Virus record (IMG/VR): IMGVR_UViG_3300033076_000850
Span: 1-35,329 of that record
Origin: a virus
Taxonomy: Duplodnaviria > Caudoviricetes
Reading direction: 5' to 3' (one strand)
DNA: 35,329 bases
The notes beneath the pieces were generated by a model that worked only from the letters and a program-made list of their open reading frames with translations, ran no database searches and was not told where the DNA came from. Made by a program: the position numbers and the translations under genes. Positions within the stretch are counted from its first letter, which is position 1. Every line of letters starts with the position of its first letter. This document shows, piece after piece, positions 30,471 through 35,329 of the stretch.

Positions 30471-31498
30471 TGGGGCGCGCAGTTGCACTTACGGTCGGGC
30501 CGCTTGTTAGCGCATCTGCGACCGCAATCGGAACCAGCCAGAAATCGACGGGCACTTACCTCGTGCTCAACGGCTCGACGGGCGTCGCATCCGCGACTGG
30601 CGTCTGCGCCTCTCAGACCCCGGGCGGCGCAGGAGCATTGACGCTAAACGGTACGCTTGCCCACTCCAACGGATACGTTATTCCAAGCCCTGGCGGCTTG
30701 CCGGGCACTATCGTTGCGTCTGGTACGGCGGCCGCCTATCTGCCGTATCCGCAGCGGATCTACATTACAGGCGGCTCAAACGAAAGCGGCAAGACCTTCA
30801 CCGTGGTCGGCTACGTCTTCCCGCTTGACGGCGTCGGCGGCCCCGTGGCCGTAACCGAAACCATCACTGGCCCGAATGCCTCGACGGTATCGAGCGCCAA
30901 CCTGTATTCGATTATCGTGAGCATCACGGTATCGACCGGCACCGCTGGTGCTATTACAGTGGGCAACTACGGCACCGCTACTCTCGACACAGGGCGGCGT
31001 GTGATTGTGACGTCGGCCGGCAACGACAGCGCGATTACTTTCGCCATCTCCGGCACCGACGTGACGGGCAATCCCATCAGCGAGACGCTGACGGGTGCCA
31101 ACGCGACGGCGGCGCAGAGCGCCCTTGATTACGCGACCATCACCTCGATCAAGCCGTCTGCTGCGGTTGCTTCGACTGTCACCATCGGCACCAACGGTGT
31201 GGCGTCGAGGTGGGTACGTCTCGACGACTACGCGTCGGCGGCGCAGGTCGCCATTCAGGCGACAGTGTCGGGGACCGCAAACTACACCATCCAGCAGACC
31301 CTTGATGACCCAGCGTGGCTGTTCTCTGGAATTACGCCTGCCACGATGACGTGGGTAAACCATCCGGACAGCGGCGTCGTGGCGGCGTCTGCGACAGCGC
31401 AGGCCAACTACGCGTATCCTCCCTTGTTCGCGCGGGTGGTGCTCAACAGCGGCAGCGGCTCCGTGACCGCTACCTTCCGACAGACAGGCTTGTGGTGA
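30470..31498 (+). CDS. Thr/Gly/Ser-rich virion structural protein with internal domain repeat
   Basis: Two copies of R..IT...N.S..TF...G......ET.TG.NA; ATG overlaps the upstream TGA. Confidence 0.75.
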   Translation: MGRAVALTVGPLVSASATAIGTSQKSTGTYLVLNGSTGVASATGVCASQTPGGAGALTLNGTLAHSNGYVIPSPGGLPGTIVASGTAAAYLPYPQRIYITGGSNESGKTFTVVGYVFPLDGVGGPVAVTETITGPNASTVSSANLYSIIVSITVSTGTAGAITVGNYGTATLDTGRRVIVTSAGNDSAITFAISGTDVTGNPISETLTGANATAAQSALDYATITSIKPSAAVASTVTIGTNGVASRWVRLDDYASAAQVAIQATVSGTANYTIQQTLDDPAWLFSGITPATMTWVNHPDSGVVAASATAQANYAYPPLFARVVLNSGSGSVTATFRQTGLW

Positions 31499-31501
31499 TG
31501 C

Positions 31502-32821
31502 ATGGCGGGTCTGATTGACACCAACACGGGGTTGGCTTTTGGAGCCGGCCTCGAATTTCAGACCGCCATCGGTGGTTCAGGCCTAATGGTGCAGACGACG
31601 CCGTCGTGGGTTTTGACGGCAGGCGGCACCGCCGCCAATCTTGATGTTGACTTCGTAAACAATCGTGCGTGGAACCTTGGGGCGACGACGTCGATATCGA
31701 CGTTGCTTTCTTGCACACGTGCGTCGTCAGGTTCGTATACGAACGCTGACGGGACGATGCAAACGTTCTCGTCAAATACGCTTCGCTATGGAACCAGCGG
31801 ACTTCTCGTCGAGGAAGCTCGCACGAATATTTTGCTCTACAGTCAAGATCAATCAAACGCCGCATGGAGCAACGCAGCGGGCGTCGTGACCGCAAACGCC
31901 GCGGCGGCCCCAGATGGAACGACAACAGCTACGCGGATTGCGCAATCCGCAAGCAACGTTCAGCAGGTTGTGACGCAGTCGGTGTCTTCCACGTCAACTG
32001 CCCATGCCGTTACGGTATACGTAAAAAAAGATACGTACGATTCTGTGCGATTGGTTGTTAGCAATGCTGCTGTCACGTCGTATGCAGCAGGTGTCTACAC
32101 ATTCAGCACGGATAGTTTTTCTTTTGCTGCGCCCGTAAATTGGACGGTGACGACATCGTTTTCGACCGCTCTAGCAAACGGGTGGGTGCGGCTTACGTTG
32201 ATTGTGAGCACGCCGTCTGCAACTACAGTAGGTCTGTGGGTGGGGCCATCAAATGTTGCTACAGCTACACTTGCTGGCAACATTAGCAACACGATTTTTG
32301 TGTGGGGCGCGCAGATTGAAGCGGCTGCCTTCCCGACATCGTACATTGCCACGACATCGTCGTCGGCGCAGCGCGCTGCCGACGTCGTGTCGCTTGCAAC
32401 GTCTGGCTTTGCCTACAACGCGTCGGCGCAGACCATCTACGCACAGTACAGTTCGTGGGTTCCCGTGGGGGCGTTCCTTGGCGTTGCTTGGTCATTGAAC
32501 AACGTCGCCGGAACACCACAACTTGGACAGAATGGAAGTAGCCAGCCGCTGGTTTGGCTTGCAAGCGTCGGCAACCTGATGACAGGCAGTGCGATGACGC
32601 GCAATGTGACGCTGAAAACAGCGACTGCTGTTCAAGCCAGCAACCATGGTTTTTCGCAAAATGGAAGCATTGTGACGTCTGCAGACGCCAACGCAATTGT
32701 ATCCGGTACGTCATTCCGGTTTGGCTCGGGTGGCAACGGCCCACTCAACGGCTACCTCAACAGGTTGGCGTATTGGGGATCTCGTGTCAGCAACGCTAAT
32801 TTGCAGGTTCTGACGTCATGA
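31502..32821 (+). CDS. Fibre/spike-like virion protein
   Basis: DVDF.N..TRASS.SY..GLLVEEARTN.L.YS..APDGTTTA..NGW.R..VWGAQIE...PTSYI.T...RAADV. Confidence 0.75.
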   Translation: MAGLIDTNTGLAFGAGLEFQTAIGGSGLMVQTTPSWVLTAGGTAANLDVDFVNNRAWNLGATTSISTLLSCTRASSGSYTNADGTMQTFSSNTLRYGTSGLLVEEARTNILLYSQDQSNAAWSNAAGVVTANAAAAPDGTTTATRIAQSASNVQQVVTQSVSSTSTAHAVTVYVKKDTYDSVRLVVSNAAVTSYAAGVYTFSTDSFSFAAPVNWTVTTSFSTALANGWVRLTLIVSTPSATTVGLWVGPSNVATATLAGNISNTIFVWGAQIEAAAFPTSYIATTSSSAQRAADVVSLATSGFAYNASAQTIYAQYSSWVPVGAFLGVAWSLNNVAGTPQLGQNGSSQPLVWLASVGNLMTGSAMTRNVTLKTATAVQASNHGFSQNGSIVTSADANAIVSGTSFRFGSGGNGPLNGYLNRLAYWGSRVSNANLQVLTS

Positions 32822-33207
32822 TTGACCATGTGTTGGTCTTCGCATCTGAAGACGCCGCAAAGACGGAGCTTGCCAGATTTTGTCCGAACGGCAATTGGGA
32901 CGAGTCAGTTTGCATTCCTGGCATCGAACTCATCACGGCCAACGAAGTATGGGATACGTCAGATTTGGAGCATACCATTTTGGTGTCTCCAAAACAGACG
33001 TTGCCCGGCTGGTGGATTGCAATTGCGCTTTCAGAGTTAGACGCCGACCTCACTGCGATGACGGCGACACGGTTCGCGGCGTCGCGTGAGCTTGCAGCAA
33101 GCGGCCAGTCGCCTTTTGTATACATGGCCCAAGATCTAAACGTAGCGCTTTTGGTGACCGCTCGCATTTCTCCCGTCTTTGCAGGCAGCGCCTACAGATT
33201 TGAGTGA
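32818..33207 (+). CDS. Hypothetical protein, probably fibre-associated
   Basis: ATGA overlap with the fibre gene; C-terminal P.FAGS.Y.F. Confidence 0.7.
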   Translation: MIDHVLVFASEDAAKTELARFCPNGNWDESVCIPGIELITANEVWDTSDLEHTILVSPKQTLPGWWIAIALSELDADLTAMTATRFAASRELAASGQSPFVYMAQDLNVALLVTARISPVFAGSAYRFE

Positions 33208-33266
33208 CATGCGTGAAAAACGCGTCATAACTTCCACAACGCAAATCGCGAGGGTCACAACCAATC

Positions 33267-33932
33267 ATGGATTACTCGATCACCCTCTCCGGGCAGCCCT
33301 ACACGCTGACCACCACCGACGACGCACAGATCGCCGCCATCGCGGCGTGCCGCGCACGGTATAACGACAGCCTGCCGCAGACGGTTAAAGACGGCGAAAA
33401 CGACGTCCCGAACCCGGATCTGCTGGCAGACGACGCGGCCTACCTTACCTTCGTCTTCACGGCCTGGGCCGCCGCAAACGCCGGCTTCTCGCAGGCGGAC
33501 CTCGAAGCCGCCGCGGCGAGTGCCTTCGCCTCGTACGCCAACCAGAACCCACCCGCGCAGGCCATCGAGCAGCAGGCGCTGACAGGAGACGCTTTGAAAG
33601 CGGCGCTCAAAGCGTACGCGGCACAGAAGCGCTACGCGATCGAGACGGGCGGCATGACGGTCAACGGCGTGACTATCCCCACTGATCGCGAAACGCAGTC
33701 CAAACTCTCAGGCGCCGTCCTGGCATTTCAATCTGGTGCATTAAATGGTGCCATCGACTGGAAAGCAGCGAGCGGATGGCTTACGTTGGATCAAGCCACG
33801 GTGACTGCGCTTGCGAGCGCCGTCGCCGCCCACGTGCAGGCCGCGTTTTCCAAAGAAAAGCTCATCAGCGATAGCATCGACGCCGCCGCCATCACGACGG
33901 TGGCCGAGATCGACGCTTACAATTGGAGTTGA
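33267..33932 (+). CDS. DUF4376-like tail-associated protein
   Basis: YAAQKRYAIETGG.TVNG..I.TDRETQ.KL..WK...GW.TL..V.AHVQA.F..E. Confidence 0.8.
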   Translation: MDYSITLSGQPYTLTTTDDAQIAAIAACRARYNDSLPQTVKDGENDVPNPDLLADDAAYLTFVFTAWAAANAGFSQADLEAAAASAFASYANQNPPAQAIEQQALTGDALKAALKAYAAQKRYAIETGGMTVNGVTIPTDRETQSKLSGAVLAFQSGALNGAIDWKAASGWLTLDQATVTALASAVAAHVQAAFSKEKLISDSIDAAAITTVAEIDAYNWS

Positions 33933-33934
33933 CG

Positions 33935-34138
33935 ATGACCGAAGACGAGATGAAAGAGCAACTGCAGTCCGCGCAGGACATGATCGAGACGGTCATTCAG
34001 CAGCGCGACGCCGCCAACAACACGGTGGTGCAGCTCAATGCTCGCGTGAAGCAATTGGAGCGCAAGCTGGCAACCATCGAGAAGGGTGCCGCTGCTTCGT
34101 CCAACGGCCTCGACGCCGAGGCATCAGCTCTGAACTAA
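33935..34138 (+). CDS. Small coiled-coil protein
   Basis: GGAG SD; QQRDAANN..LNARVKQLE. Confidence 0.7.
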   Translation: MTEDEMKEQLQSAQDMIETVIQQRDAANNTVVQLNARVKQLERKLATIEKGAAASSNGLDAEASALN

Positions 34139-34194
34139 GGGCTTGTGGAAACCGGGGAATGACCGACCAGCCCCAGCCTACCGATGCTAAGATG

Positions 34195-34223
34195 AACCCA
34201 GTTGGAAACAACTGGGTTTTTCT
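34195..34223 (+). terminator. GAAA-capped hairpin, terminator-like
   Basis: AACCCAGTTG GAAA CAACTGGGTT TTTCT. Confidence 0.7.
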
Positions 34224-34224
34224 C

Positions 34225-34953
34225 ATGCTGAAGCAGCGCGACACCAGGACCAAAGATCTTTTCGCCTATGCGCACGACAATCGGCCCTCCATTGTTTACA
34301 TGGCAACAAACATCGTGAACGGGAAGCGTTACATCGGCATCACTCGGGTGGGTCTCATTAGGCGCAGACGCACGCATGTCAATAACGCCAAGGCAATCCG
34401 GCATCACCGCAGCAGTTTCTACAGCGCCATACGCAAGTACGGGCCAGAGGCGTTCTTGTTTAAAGAGATTCTGGCGTGTTCTTCTTACAAAGACGCTTGC
34501 GTACACGAGCGTAGGCTGATCGCGATGCTGCGGCCAGAATACAATCTTACGTTGGGTGGCGAGGGCGTCTTGGGCCATCGGCACAGCGCCGTCACGAAGG
34601 CCAAGATGGCGCGCGCGAAGATCGGACGCGCACTTTGGGCAAAAGGACAATGCCCACTAGAAGTCAGAGAAAAACTCTCGCGCAGCGCCGCAGCACGCAA
34701 GGGTACGTTTTCAGAAGAAAGCCGCGCAAAGATGCGGGCGCACCAGAGCTATAAAAAAGCGGTAGCCAAACGAGAAAGACCTGTCATCTGTATTGATGAT
34801 GGTCTTGCGTTCAGGAGCATCGGTTCGGCGGCGCTCTACTATCGTGTAAACAGAACCGCGATTGAACATTGTTGCGCCGGTCGCTCAAAAACGTGCGCTT
34901 CACGCATCTTTCGGTATGCAGACAAATGGTTTGTTGACGAGATCTCGGGATGA
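34225..34953 (+). CDS. GIY-YIG homing endonuclease with NUMOD3/NUMOD1-like DNA-binding repeats (alternative start 34159)
   Basis: IVYMATNIVNGKRYIGIT..R...H..AIRKYG.EAF..E..YNLT.GGEG..HS..TKAKM..RPVIC...F.SI..AA. Confidence 0.9.
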   Translation: MLKQRDTRTKDLFAYAHDNRPSIVYMATNIVNGKRYIGITRVGLIRRRRTHVNNAKAIRHHRSSFYSAIRKYGPEAFLFKEILACSSYKDACVHERRLIAMLRPEYNLTLGGEGVLGHRHSAVTKAKMARAKIGRALWAKGQCPLEVREKLSRSAAARKGTFSEESRAKMRAHQSYKKAVAKRERPVICIDDGLAFRSIGSAALYYRVNRTAIEHCCAGRSKTCASRIFRYADKWFVDEISG

Positions 34954-35329
34954 CAACCACAACGACACAAACATTCAACCCCGCAGCGTCGGCGCTGACG
35001 ATGGTCGCGTTCGGTCGTATTGGCATCCGGCGCACCGAGATCACGGTTCAGCACCTCGAAGATGCTGCCACGGAGGCTAACCTCGTTCAAGTAACTGCCT
35101 CAAACAACCAGCCCTTGCTCTGGCGGTCGTCGATCTACGATATCACCTTGGTCGAAGGGCAGTCAGAATATGACCTGCCTGCCAGCCTTGTCGCCACGCA
35201 AGACGTCTACATTACGACCACGCCTTCGGGCGCAGGCGATAGCTCATCAACAGATCGCGTACTTGGGGCCATCACCACGACCCAGTACGACGCTCAACCT
35301 AATAAGACGGTCCAGGGTACGCCGACTGC
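34950..35329 (+). CDS. Putative head-tail connector/tail tube-associated protein, runs off the window edge
   Basis: Translated by hand: MTTTTTQTFNP..AFGRIG..ANL..LW...ITLVEGQSEYDLP..DRVL..I....Y...PNK..QGTP; ATGA overlap. Confidence 0.65.
   Translation, partial: MTTTTTQTFNPAASALTMVAFGRIGIRRTEITVQHLEDAATEANLVQVTASNNQPLLWRSSIYDITLVEGQSEYDLPASLVATQDVYITTTPSGAGDSSSTDRVLGAITTTQYDAQPNKTVQGTPT

Noticed and set aside
20949-33268. Many long minus-strand ORFs across the virion module (and plus-strand ORFs over 1-11 kb)
   Set aside because: Antisense shadows of GC-rich genes with no SD or recognisable motifs.
33811-34224. 380-aa version of the GIY-YIG ORF, or an intron around it
   Set aside because: The extension overlaps two better genes. 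The flanking genes look intact and no intron core is evident.

Overview
A 35.3-kb slice of a GC-rich tailed dsDNA phage genome. An alphaproteobacterial host is inferred from codon style and promoter style only. No integrase, replication or lysis genes are visible. (1) 1-11.3 kb is a leftward arm of about 30 short accessory genes (macro domain, several HTH proteins, Cys-rich and twin-Arg proteins) with tRNA-Lys(UUU) and tRNA-Arg(UCU). It is punctuated by six copies of a four-half-site palindrome built on GCTAA-N6-TTAGC. (2) 11.3-18.8 kb holds a divergence point with a short promoter-terminator unit, then terS, then about 6 kb of small genes read outward from back-to-back promoters at ~15.35 kb (HNH, orphan HicB, CSD-like). 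(3) 18.8-35.3 kb is the virion module: terL, portal, GroES-like co-chaperonin, scaffold-like protein, major capsid, decoration and fibre proteins, a GIY-YIG endonuclease and a truncated head-tail gene. The best candidate for an undescribed system is a 129-141 nt structured RNA ending in CCA, present twice (7645-7785 minus, 15631-15759 plus). Its outer scaffold is near-identical between copies, and two internal 11-15 nt segments are fully different. One copy sits directly before an HNH gene that is itself followed by a second densely structured non-coding element. All structures were paired by eye and no database search was run.
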